A stretch of 64,000 nt of DNA from positions 1 through 64,000 of the IMG/VR virus record IMGVR_UViG_3300005526_000008. One strand, given 5' to 3'. Each line of letters starts with the position of its first letter. The first letter of the stretch is position 1. The translations under genes and the position numbers were made by a program. Positions 47,222 through 56,900 of the stretch are shown here, in pieces. Source of the DNA: an uncultured virus (IMG/VR IMGVR_UViG_3300005526_000008) (taxonomy: Duplodnaviria > Heunggongvirae > Uroviricota > Caudoviricetes). The notes under the pieces were generated by a model that worked only from the letters and a program-made list of their open reading frames with translations, was not told the DNA's origin and did not search any database.

Positions 47222-48727
47222 TCAGGCCGCGTCGCGGCGAACCGATACGCGCGAGGTCACCTCCGGTTCCCAGTCGATGATCGCCTGAGCGAGGTCGAGC
47301 GGGATCTCCTCCGCCGAGGCCAGCGCCTCGGTGACCCATTTCTTCAACTGGATCTGGTCAGGGTTCTCCATCAGCCATTCGGTGACCGAGGCGTCGACAT
47401 CGCGCTTGGCGAGGCCCTCCTCGGGCACTTCCATCGCGGTCCAGGCCAGCAGGTCGGCGGCGTGGTCGGCGGCGATTTCGGCCGCGGCGCCCTGGTCGTC
47501 CTCGTCCAGTTCGAGAATCGCCTCGACCATCTCGTCCGGCGCGATCTTCATCAGGTCAGCGATGAAATCGGCCTTCTCGATCTCGTCGTACTCGACGTCG
47601 TCGTCGGACTTGCTGACCTTCTTCTTGCCCTTCTTGCCGTTCCACTGGCTCGCGCCGCGGGTCTCGTCGTTCTGCACTGTCGCGGCGCCACTGCCGCCAT
47701 CGGCCCCGGCCACGCTGCCCAGGCCGCCAGTTGTGCCGCTGCGACGGAGCACCGTAGTGGGCTGCAGGTTGGGTGCGCCACCCTCTGGCCCGGCTGTGCC
47801 CGACCCCGGACTCGGGCTTTCGCCACCGGTCTGCCCCGGCATCGCCTTGCTGTTGCCGACCCGGCTGCCGCCGCCGGGGCCGCTGCCACGGTGCGGAATG
47901 GTGCGCTTGATCGCACCGTCCGAATTGGTCTCGCTGCCGTGCAGCTTCGAGCCAGCGTAGGTCGAGGCGTTGCCGGCCAGCGAATCCACCACGTCGCCGG
48001 CTTGCACGCCCTGGGCGTAGATCCGCTTGCCGGATGAGGGCATCTCGGCGTCGAGGATGTTCTTCTTCAGTTGGGTCTCGGCCGGATCAGCGGTCAGCCA
48101 CGCCTCCACCACTGCCTCGACGCGGTCGTCGGGCTGGCCATACAAGCCGTGGATCATGTTGTGGTACTCGCTGGTGTAGCTGCCGATCTTGTGCAGCAGG
48201 TGGGCGCGGACGTTGTCGTTCAGCGCCTCCTCGACCATCTTCGCCAGCGCCTGCTCGGGCGCCGGGATCGGGGCCTGCTTGCGCAGTGGGATCTCTTCCG
48301 ACCCGGCGGCCGAATTCCAGATCGCCCGCTTGAGCGGTTCGTCGCCGGCGGCGAACCATTCCTCGGCCACCTCGGTGGCAAGGTTCTCATCGACGTCGGC
48401 CAGCATGTTGGCCTGCTTGGCGAGTTCGGTTCGATAGAACCCGATCTTCACCAGAAGCTCGGCCTTGCGCTCCGGGGTGGGACAGGCATCAACGAAGGCG
48501 GCGAGTTCGTCATCCAGCAGTTGCTGGGTCTCGGCCTGATCAGTGGTTTCTGTGGTCACGGGACCCTCCTGCTTGCTGATGAAACCAGGCTTCCTGCGCC
48601 TGGGAGGTTTCGGAATGGCGGTGGTGACGTTGTGGGGACGCTGGTCCTGGTTCTGCCGCCCGGCGTAGATGCGCCCACCGATCTCGAAGAGATCCGGCAC
48701 CAGCAGGCCAAGGTTGTTCGGGTTCAT
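47222..48727 (-). CDS. acidic internally repeated head protein (alternative GTG start 48559)
   Basis: LLxKIGxY twice; E(A)W...LK[RK] three times; lies between MuF and protease. Confidence 0.7.
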   Translation of the reverse strand: MNPNNLGLLVPDLFEIGGRIYAGRQNQDQRPHNVTTAIPKPPRRRKPGFISKQEGPVTTETTDQAETQQLLDDELAAFVDACPTPERKAELLVKIGFYRTELAKQANMLADVDENLATEVAEEWFAAGDEPLKRAIWNSAAGSEEIPLRKQAPIPAPEQALAKMVEEALNDNVRAHLLHKIGSYTSEYHNMIHGLYGQPDDRVEAVVEAWLTADPAETQLKKNILDAEMPSSGKRIYAQGVQAGDVVDSLAGNASTYAGSKLHGSETNSDGAIKRTIPHRGSGPGGGSRVGNSKAMPGQTGGESPSPGSGTAGPEGGAPNLQPTTVLRRSGTTGGLGSVAGADGGSGAATVQNDETRGASQWNGKKGKKKVSKSDDDVEYDEIEKADFIADLMKIAPDEMVEAILELDEDDQGAAAEIAADHAADLLAWTAMEVPEEGLAKRDVDASVTEWLMENPDQIQLKKWVTEALASAEEIPLDLAQAIIDWEPEVTSRVSVRRDAA

Positions 48728-50964
48728 GCCGCGACCGCCATGAGATGCCCCCGTCTCGGTTTGAAGATGTATTGCAGCGTGCAGCGGCAGTTGATGACCT
48801 CGTCGGCCGCCGCCGTGTCATCCAGCGGCCAGCGGATCTGATTGCCGGCCGAGGTGATGAAATGCGTGGTCATGCCGTCGACCTCCTTGCCGTTGAGGTC
48901 GCGGTGGGTGTCGCGGGTACGGTTGTCAGCCGTCGCCAGCCAGCGCTTGGTAACCTCGAGCTCCGGGTTCTGGTCGAGGATCTGTTGCGCCCGCGACAGG
49001 CCGCCATAGCTTTCGGCCCGGATCGATTCGGTGCGCGCGATGGTCTGCGCCCGCAACGCCAGCATCCGGCGGTGATAAGCGTCGACCATGGCATTGATCT
49101 TGTCGGCATCGAGCGGCGTGTTGCTCGCGATCGCGGCGCGCAGCGTGCGGTCGTAGCGCTTGTCGCGCAGTTCGCGCTCGAGCGCGCGCGGGTCGAGCTG
49201 GTCGAGTTGGGTACGGAAAGAGGCCACGACGCTTTGCTGGTAGGTGGTCAGGCCGATCGCCTGGCGGATGGTGCGCGCGACCTCGATCGGACCAATTCCT
49301 TCCAGCACCGACTGATCGCGCACCGCGGCGCGGATCGCCTCGCGTTGAGCGTTGCTCATCTCGACGATCTGGCGCAGCGCGTATTCGGCGATGTGGCGCT
49401 CCTGCGCCGGATCGAAGAGGTCGAAATCGACGTCGATGCGGTAGCGCGGATCGTCCGGCTGGACGACCGGCGCCGTCGTCAATCCCTTGGCGAAAGAGTC
49501 GGAGATCAACGGGGCCAGCGCCTCGGCGAAGCCGTCGCCGAAATTGATCGGCCGTTCGTCGAGGCCCAGCAGGCGATCGATCCAGCGACGATAGGCCCGC
49601 GCCAGGCTGATCGACGCCTCGTCCTCGGGCGTGGCCGCCTTGGCCAGTAGCGGCAGGCCGTCGGCGGACTTCTTGAGCCGGCGATGCACCGCCTTGACGG
49701 CGTGGTAGGCCAGCAGCGAAACCCCGGCGGCGGTCAGGCCGATCGCGGCGCCGAGTTTGCCGCCATGGATCGCGCCGGCCTTGGCGGCGGCCGGGCCAGC
49801 TTCCCAGATCGGCTGCTTGAACTGGCGAAACCCGGCCTCGATCTTCGCCTCGTTCACCAGTCGGTCGGCGATGTGGCGCTCGAGTTCCTTGACCCGGCGC
49901 GCGGTCTGGAGGTCATGCCGCCCCAGGAACCGCTTCATGTCCGCTTCGATCTTGGCCTTCTTCTTACTGCGCCGACCCATCATCCCGGCCACAGTGTCGC
50001 CGCCGCGATGCTGCTCGACGATCTGCGGGGCGATGTTGACCTTGCCGGTCTTGCGTTGCTGGACATGGCCCGAGCGCGCCTGACGCCGGAAGCCGCGGGT
50101 TTTCAGGTCCTCGAAATCCTTGATCTGCCGGTTGATGTCGGAAATCTCGAGATGTGCCGGCCTTACCGCGTTTGTCGCGGCGGCTTCGGCGCGTTCGGCC
50201 GCATTGGTCGGATCGCCGCCAACGGCCAGGACCTCCTTGGTGATCAACCGCTCCCGCCACGCTATCGCCGGCTTGAGCTTCTTCTCCTTCAGGTCCCAGA
50301 TCTCGCGGTCGTAGATGAGCTTGTTCTGCTTGTTGCCGATAATCGGCCGGAACGGCTTGAACTCGACCGCGGGCGCCGGACGCGCCTGCCGCTTCAGATC
50401 GTTCAGGATCTCGTTGTAGGTCTCGTGGACCTCTTCGTTGGTCATCCGCGGCGCGCCGCCCGCCATGCCCATTTCGTTGCGTTCGTTGACGAGTTTGCGC
50501 GCCTTCATCTCGAGCACGGTTTCCGAACCGTACATCGCCTCGATCAGGGTCTTCTTCGGCTGCTTCTTGCCCCGTTGCTTCGGCACCGTCTCGCGGAGCT
50601 GCTCGGCCCAGCGATTGTACTGCTTCATCCAATCGCGGGTTCGCGCCTCCCGCAACGCGCGCCTGGCGGCGTTGATCTCGTGCTGCGCCTCGACCGCCTT
50701 GGTGCGGAACGCCGCCTCGGCCTCGGCCGAAGCCTGCGACCGGCGCTTGAATTCGCGCGCGCCAGCTTCCTTGAGTCCGTGGTAGGCGCCGACGCCCGCA
50801 CCGATACCCCCGCCGACGCCGCCGCCTGCCGCGAGAACGCCAGCCTGCACCCCGCCGGCCTTCCAGCGCGAACGCGCGGCATTGCGCCGCTGGATCAATT
50901 CCGCCGGCGTCAGGGGCGCGCCCGGACTATGTTTGAGCAGGGACAATCGGCACTGAACCCACAA
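48724..50964 (-). CDS. MuF/SPP1 gp7-like head morphogenesis protein with long N-terminal extension
   Basis: RAQTIARTE, KRWLATADNRTRDTH and EVINCRCT at the C-terminus; start codon uncertain (TTG 50964 or 50946). Confidence 0.85.
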   Translation of the reverse strand: MWVQCRLSLLKHSPGAPLTPAELIQRRNAARSRWKAGGVQAGVLAAGGGVGGGIGAGVGAYHGLKEAGAREFKRRSQASAEAEAAFRTKAVEAQHEINAARRALREARTRDWMKQYNRWAEQLRETVPKQRGKKQPKKTLIEAMYGSETVLEMKARKLVNERNEMGMAGGAPRMTNEEVHETYNEILNDLKRQARPAPAVEFKPFRPIIGNKQNKLIYDREIWDLKEKKLKPAIAWRERLITKEVLAVGGDPTNAAERAEAAATNAVRPAHLEISDINRQIKDFEDLKTRGFRRQARSGHVQQRKTGKVNIAPQIVEQHRGGDTVAGMMGRRSKKKAKIEADMKRFLGRHDLQTARRVKELERHIADRLVNEAKIEAGFRQFKQPIWEAGPAAAKAGAIHGGKLGAAIGLTAAGVSLLAYHAVKAVHRRLKKSADGLPLLAKAATPEDEASISLARAYRRWIDRLLGLDERPINFGDGFAEALAPLISDSFAKGLTTAPVVQPDDPRYRIDVDFDLFDPAQERHIAEYALRQIVEMSNAQREAIRAAVRDQSVLEGIGPIEVARTIRQAIGLTTYQQSVVASFRTQLDQLDPRALERELRDKRYDRTLRAAIASNTPLDADKINAMVDAYHRRMLALRAQTIARTESIRAESYGGLSRAQQILDQNPELEVTKRWLATADNRTRDTHRDLNGKEVDGMTTHFITSAGNQIRWPLDDTAAADEVINCRCTLQYIFKPRRGHLMAVAA

Positions 50965-50987
50965 AAAAAGCGGCCCTCTGGCCGCTT
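50963..50987 (-). terminator. intrinsic terminator
   Basis: AAGCGGCC-AGAG-GGCCGCTT ending in a run of 7 T on the minus strand. Confidence 0.7.
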
Positions 50988-51031
50988 GAAGTCAAGTTTT
51001 GCCCGATGACTGAAACAAAAGCAACTTTTCC

Positions 51032-51415
51032 TCAATCGGCGTCGAAAAGCCGCCCGTAGATCTTGTCGAGGACCGCTGCCTGCTTGGGTGACAACGTGGC
51101 CCGGGGTTGCTTCAGGATCGAGGCGAGGAACTCGGCCTCCCACGAGCTCATTTCGCTGGGATATTCGAGGCACTCGCGTGCCTGCTCGCGCCAGGCCACC
51201 GGCTTCGACGATTTCCAACCCGGGGGCGGCGGCGTGAACGGGTTCGCTCCGTTCGGCTTGGCGCCGCCCAGCGCTTCTTCCCAGGTCAGCTTGTGCTCGC
51301 GCAACAGGTCGTTGGCCATCTTGGCCGCGTTCGCCCGTTCGCCGGGGAAATCGCTGCCGAGCATGCCGCAGAACTGGATCAGGCGCTTCAGCTTGTCAGC
51401 GGGAAGAATGGCCAT
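51032..51415 (-). CDS. hypothetical phage protein
   Basis: GMLGSDFPGERANAA...LTW and WEAEFL...LSPKQ motifs; ATG 51415. Confidence 0.65.
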   Translation of the reverse strand: MAILPADKLKRLIQFCGMLGSDFPGERANAAKMANDLLREHKLTWEEALGGAKPNGANPFTPPPPGWKSSKPVAWREQARECLEYPSEMSSWEAEFLASILKQPRATLSPKQAAVLDKIYGRLFDAD

Positions 51416-51464
51416 GACGGGCCCATGCCCGCATGAATTCAGCACACCGGCAAGGGTTTATTTA

Positions 51465-51632
51465 CTAGTACCAGCCAAAGCGCGGGCCGCCGACCAGGCC
51501 GAAGATGACCATGATCAGCAGGATGAAGAGGATGATGCCCAGAGGGTTGCCCCAGGCGACATGCCCGGCATTGTAGCCCCATCCGCCTCCGGCGAGCAGC
51601 AGCACGAGCAGCACGATCAGCAAGATCAGCAT
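51465..51632 (-). CDS. 55-aa membrane protein, DUF3309-like (not in ORF track)
   Basis: MLILLIVLLVLLLAGGGWGYNAGHVAWGNPLGIILFILLIMVIFGLVGGPRFGWY*; AGGAGG site. Confidence 0.75.
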   Translation of the reverse strand: MLILLIVLLVLLLAGGGWGYNAGHVAWGNPLGIILFILLIMVIFGLVGGPRFGWY

Positions 51633-51644
51633 GGTGAAGGCCTC

Positions 51645-52163
51645 CTATACAACGGTCGGCCAGATGCAGCTCAGGTTCGGGCAGGTAAGGGTTTCCTGAA
51701 TGGACCAGATGTGCGCGCGGGTGCAGGTGAACCACGTGGTCAGCAGGTTGGGGTCGTGGACATGCAGGGTGTTCGCCTTGTCGTAGAACGTCGCCACCGG
51801 CATCGTGCTCTTGTACGTGCTGCGCTTGATCACCGCGCTTTCCCAGTGCCCGATCAGGCATTCGGGACACTGCCAGGAAAATGTCGGCGGCGGTTTCGCC
51901 TGGGGAACGGCACCCCATTGCACCGGTTCGTCGCCAACGCGTTGATCGGGCGCCCGCCGCTCCGGCCGGCCGATCTCCGCGATAGTCCAGCGCGGCTTCT
52001 CGAACAGATGGCCGCGCACCGCGTCGGGCTTCGGGCTGATCGGTGGCGGATAGTAGAGCAGCGACGGCAAGCCGCCGGGAATTTGCGGGATCTCGGGCGG
52101 CGCCGGCGGCACCGGCGGGTCGGGAGGGTCCGGCGGCTTCGGAAACGGCGTGGGAAGGATCAT
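51645..52163 (-). CDS. Pro-rich, Cys-containing hypothetical protein
   Basis: ATGA-coupled; poly-Pro N-terminus; CPEC, CTRAH, CPNLSC. Confidence 0.6.
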   Translation of the reverse strand: MILPTPFPKPPDPPDPPVPPAPPEIPQIPGGLPSLLYYPPPISPKPDAVRGHLFEKPRWTIAEIGRPERRAPDQRVGDEPVQWGAVPQAKPPPTFSWQCPECLIGHWESAVIKRSTYKSTMPVATFYDKANTLHVHDPNLLTTWFTCTRAHIWSIQETLTCPNLSCIWPTVV

Positions 52164-52576
52164 GGACCGGGCTTGAACCGCGCCTTGTCGATCGCGTCCG
52201 GCTCAATGTCCTGGTCGTGCTGCGCCGCCATCACGCGAGCAAAGCGGCGCGCCTTGAGGTCCTGAAACACCTTCAGCACATGCGCGCCCTCGCCCACCAG
52301 GTCGTGCGGGAAATCCTCGATCCACACCAGCATGTCGTTGATTATCCGCGACATGGTGTTGCGCGCTTCGGGCGCGTCCATCAGCTTGGCTGGCCGGATG
52401 GTCAGTCCCTCGACCATCACTGGCGCGCCGACATCAAGCGGACGGTTCATCACCGGCACCACCTGGGGCGGCTGGCCCGTTAGCGCGTTCTGCCCCGGAT
52501 CCCAGTCCGGCACGTAGCTCTTGTCGCCGGCCTGCGCGGCCACGCGGGCGGGCGGAATGGGTTTCGCGTCACTCAT
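52160..52576 (-). CDS. hypothetical protein
   Basis: ATG 52576 after GGAGAG. Confidence 0.6.
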   Translation of the reverse strand: MSDAKPIPPARVAAQAGDKSYVPDWDPGQNALTGQPPQVVPVMNRPLDVGAPVMVEGLTIRPAKLMDAPEARNTMSRIINDMLVWIEDFPHDLVGEGAHVLKVFQDLKARRFARVMAAQHDQDIEPDAIDKARFKPGP

Positions 52577-52638
52577 AGAATTCTCTCTCCAAGGGCCGAA
52601 CCGGCGGCGGCTGCCGCCTGTCCGTCGCCTGTCAGACA

Positions 52639-53433
52639 TCAGGTTTGGGTTGATCCCAGCATGCTGCGTAGCCGGGCGGTTTGCTCGATGCTGCCATGCA
52701 CCCCGTTGGTTATCGCGGGTACATGCTCGGCGGCGTCCTCTTCGATACTCCACTGCTTGGCGACCTGCAGTGTCACGGTAATCTGGTCGCATTGCCGGAG
52801 CACGTTGCCCTGCAACTCGGCCAGCATGCGCAGTGCGTTGGCGATCCGTTCCGCGGCATCGACCTCCTGCTGGGTCAACGACGCGGGCGGCGTTCCCGAT
52901 GGTTCCGCCGGCGCCGGCGGTTCTACCGCCGCCACTTCGGCGCGCAGTTCGCCGACGTGGTCGATCGCCCAGTCGAGCCGTTCGCCGATCTCGGCAAGAT
53001 GCGTCTCGGGTTCCGGTCCGGTGCAGAAGATCAAAGCTTCATTGAGCGAGACGCTGTAGTGCTCGCATTGCTCGATCCAGTTTTCGCGGGTTTCCAGGAA
53101 CGTGCTTTGCGCTCGCACCGCCCTGAACACGCGATCGATATCCTCCTGGGTGGGAGGCTCCGAACCGACGACTTCAACGCCGTTGGACGGCGGCGCCACT
53201 GTCGAGCCGCCGGCATTCGTCGCGGTCACGACGCAGGTGAAGGTCCTGCCCACGTATGCCGGATAGATGGGGAAGTCGGCAGTGTCAGTGCCGACATCCG
53301 CTGTCCCGTCATTCCATTGATAAGAGTATGCGGTCGGTTCGTTTTGCCAGTTGCCCATTGTGCAATTCAACACATTGCCATTCTGGGACGCGTAGGGGAC
53401 GTCGACATTGACTGGAGGTAGGACGCCGCTCAT
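52639..53433 (-). CDS. Ig-like domain plus helical domain protein
   Basis: PPVNVDVP...LNCTMGNW...YSYQW...TCVVTATNAGGST; AAAGGAG site. Confidence 0.65.
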   Translation of the reverse strand: MSGVLPPVNVDVPYASQNGNVLNCTMGNWQNEPTAYSYQWNDGTADVGTDTADFPIYPAYVGRTFTCVVTATNAGGSTVAPPSNGVEVVGSEPPTQEDIDRVFRAVRAQSTFLETRENWIEQCEHYSVSLNEALIFCTGPEPETHLAEIGERLDWAIDHVGELRAEVAAVEPPAPAEPSGTPPASLTQQEVDAAERIANALRMLAELQGNVLRQCDQITVTLQVAKQWSIEEDAAEHVPAITNGVHGSIEQTARLRSMLGSTQT

Positions 53434-53456
53434 GGCATGGGCTCCTTTGGGTTAGG

Positions 53457-53981
53457 TCAGACCGCGACGAGATCCCCGTAGACGAAGATCGTGCAGGTGG
53501 CGGGCTCGCCCTGCACCGTATCCATCGTGAACCACAGATCGCCGTGCTGAACCTTGCCGGCCACCGTCGGGTCGAGGAGGACCACGACCGCCTGCGGTTC
53601 GGTCGTGCCGTCCAGCGCCGAGAACGTCAGCGAGGCGATCTTGTCGCCTTCCTTGTTGTTCCGAGTGTAGATGCTGCCGGCCGCGGCGGTCAGCGGCATG
53701 CTGGCGCCCGACGCCACGACCTTGTCGGGGAGGAACAACCCGCTGCCGATCAGCGAGGTGTCGAAGCGCTGGTCCTCGAGCGTGTTCAGGTCAGCGTTGA
53801 TTGCCATCATCGGATAGCGGCCGGCCTGCACCAGGTTGCAGCCGCTGGACTGCAGATCCTGCACTTCGGTGCCGAACGGCACGTCGCGGATCACCCCGCG
53901 ATTGTCGGCGGTATAGGTGTGGCCATTGCGGGAAAGGAAGGACGATCCGGGGGAAGGCGCGATCAACATGGCGGTCGGCAT
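53457..53981 (-). CDS. probable virion (head decoration-like) protein
   Basis: AGGAGGA site; beta-rich; located in the head module. Confidence 0.55.
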   Translation of the reverse strand: MPTAMLIAPSPGSSFLSRNGHTYTADNRGVIRDVPFGTEVQDLQSSGCNLVQAGRYPMMAINADLNTLEDQRFDTSLIGSGLFLPDKVVASGASMPLTAAAGSIYTRNNKEGDKIASLTFSALDGTTEPQAVVVLLDPTVAGKVQHGDLWFTMDTVQGEPATCTIFVYGDLVAV

Positions 53982-53990
53982 TTAATCCTC

Positions 53991-56900
53991 CTATTGGCTC
54001 TGTTGTGCCGCGGGTTGTGCCCGAGACTGGGTGTGACGTCTACTTGCGGCCAGGATTGCTCTGACCTGGGCGAGCTGGTGCGGCGAATAGCCGCCGCCGG
54101 AAATCGAGCGCAGATGTGCCCGCACGGTCTCGTTGAGGTCGCTGGTATAGATATCGCGGGCCGGACTGTTCTTGCCCATCACTAACTGGCCGGGCATCGC
54201 CTTCAGGCGGTCGATCTGCTTCTTCGTTTCCTGCTGGCGCTTCTTGCGGTTGATCAGGATGTGCGTGCCGCCGGCGACAATCGGAGCGATTTCAAGCGTC
54301 CGCCCGACATGGCCGCCGATCCTGGCACCCTTCTCGCCAGCAATGGCCGCGCCGGTAAGACGTCCCAGGCGCCAGAGCGGGGTTTTCATGGTGCCTTGCG
54401 CGCGCAGTTCGTTCACGACCGGAGCAACGCGCGGATGGGTCGCAAGCTTGGCTGCCGCCCGTCGGGCCGCGACCGCGGCAACCCCGGCCCCGAACATCAT
54501 CCGCGGCGAGATCTTCTCCACCGCCTTTTCCTTATCCTTGCCACCCATGAAGTGCTGCGCGGCTTTGGCTCCAGCATAGGCATACGGCGCGTATTCGGCA
54601 GCGAAACCCACGGTGCGCCCGAGCTTGGCGCCACGATGGCCACCAAGCGCCGCCCCGGTAAACCCGCCAACATTCGCCATGACGCCCTCGCGAAACCCGC
54701 CACCACGGAAGGCTTTGGCTTCGTGGTGCAACGCTTGAACGCGCGAGCTGCCGACGATGCGCTGACCTCTTGGCGTGGCCGCCAACTGCTTCGCCTTTCC
54801 GGCGATAGCTTGGCCGCCACGGCTGCCCGCGATCGCCGATCCGGCACGCTTGAAGCCGCTGCCGATCGCGCCCTTCGCGCGCGTGGCCGCGCCGCTGATC
54901 TGGCCCAACAACGGCTTCAGGTGGGTCGCACCGAAGTTCATCGCCGAACCGATGATGCCTTTCTGCAGTCTGGCGTCAGCAGAGTCCCCACTCTTGGACG
55001 CTTCCCACCGCGCCGGCTTGACGCCCAACAGCCAGCGTTCGTGGCGGGTGATCCCGCCGGACAAGGCGCGGCGCATGTGCTTCTGGGTGTTCAGCCGCAA
55101 TCCCTGGCGGCGTCGGCGAATTCGCGGCCGCATCGAGCGGCGCAACAGCAGGGCCGGGTTGTCGGTGTAGCTGAACCCCGGCGAGTAACCGGGATCGGCC
55201 AGCATGAAATCGTCGAAGTCCTTACGCAGCCCGGCGGCGCCGCTGATCTTGCCAACCCCGAAATGCCGCTCGACCTCGCGTGCGGCGTGTTTCACGTGAA
55301 GCCCAGGATGTGCCGGCGGCGGCAGACCGCCCGGTGGCTCGGGCACCGGCCCGCTCAACGACAGCCGTATGCCATGGCCATGCTTCATCGCCTGCTTCAG
55401 CCGGGCATGATGGATCTTGCCGGGCGGCTGGTCGCCGGGCTGGTCGGTCGGGCCGCGACCGGGTGCGTTGATGACCCCTGTGGCGTTGGTCCAACCCTTG
55501 CGCATCGCACCCTCGTTCTTCTTGCCGAGTTGCGGCGCCTTTCGGGACCGCGGGAAATCACCCTGCTGTTCAACCTTGCCTGAAGTGTATCTCGTTTTCA
55601 GACCAACTCCGTGCTTAAGCGAGGAAAAGTAGCGTGTGATCGCTCGATGATGGGGCGTTATGATAGTGTGAGGCTTCTCAGGCGTTGCACCGAGAGCCAT
55701 CGAAAAAGAATAGTCAGCACTTGATGCCCCTGGAGGGATTTTGGTCGGATGGTTGTGAAATGTGTTTGACCCTTGGAAATCACGAAATCCTTTGATCGGC
55801 ATTTTAACCTGAGTGGAATACGGCCTTCCGGTGACGCGATGACTTACATGCCCCTTTGGATCGGTGATGATCAGCCGTTCCCTGCGCAAAGCATTGGCCC
55901 GCAACAGATCTCGCTTGATCTCAGGAAATGACGGTTTTTTGCCGATCGCCGTCGGCCGCCGGATCAGATCGCCAATATGCTGCCCGGCAATTCGCAGCAC
56001 ACGGGTGAGTGGCGCTCGCTTGATGAAAACGTTGTTCGGCGACATCCGGTAACGCTCGGTGCCGGTCAGCTTGCCGTGCTTGCGGCTGCTGAACTTCTTG
56101 CCGAACTCGCGCTTGAACGGCTCGAACGTCTCGGGCTGGTTCTCGGTGTGCAGGCGGTCGAATACCCGGCGATGAGCGTATTGCATGAACAGCCGGAGCG
56201 GCTCGAGTTCGCGCTGCATCGTCGCGTCCATGGCGAAGTCGTAGTGGCCGACCCCGACCTTGTGCACCGCCATCAGCGCCGCATGCTTGTAGGCCCGTGC
56301 CGCCAGCCCCGGCGGCGTGCCTTTGGGGATAAGGCCTTTCTTGTAACCGTATTCGACCGCGCCTTTCTGGTGATCGCGCACCACGCCAATCGAACGGCGC
56401 AGGATCTCGACCATGCGCGGATGGCGCATCGCTTCGGTGAAGGTGCTGGGGTTCTCGATCGTCAGGTCACGATGCGGCCCAACCTTCTGTTTGCCCTTCT
56501 TTTTCGGCGGCTCGGCCAACGCTTCGGCCAGCAAAGGCCGTCCCATCGGGTAGGGCAGCAGCGATTCCGGCAGCGTGCTGCGATAGGCCTGGGGCAGGTG
56601 CAGCTTGAAGCGGGCGTTCATCGAGCCAACCGCCTGCTCGGTGCCGCGGGTGTCCCAGACGCTGCGGCTGGCGCGTGTATCGGAGCGTTGCTGACCCTGC
56701 CGGAACAGGCCGATCGCTGCCTTCGACGGCGCTCCGGTGCTGCCCTGGCGTACCGAGATCGCGGTTTCGGCGTGATGGCGGGGACTGCGCGCGGCCGCGA
56801 CGCGTTGCTGATGCTCGGCCGCCGACAGCAAGCCGGTGGTGTCGCGTTTCTTCAATCCGATCGGTTCGCCTGCCACGATGGGTTCGACAATGTTCTTCGC

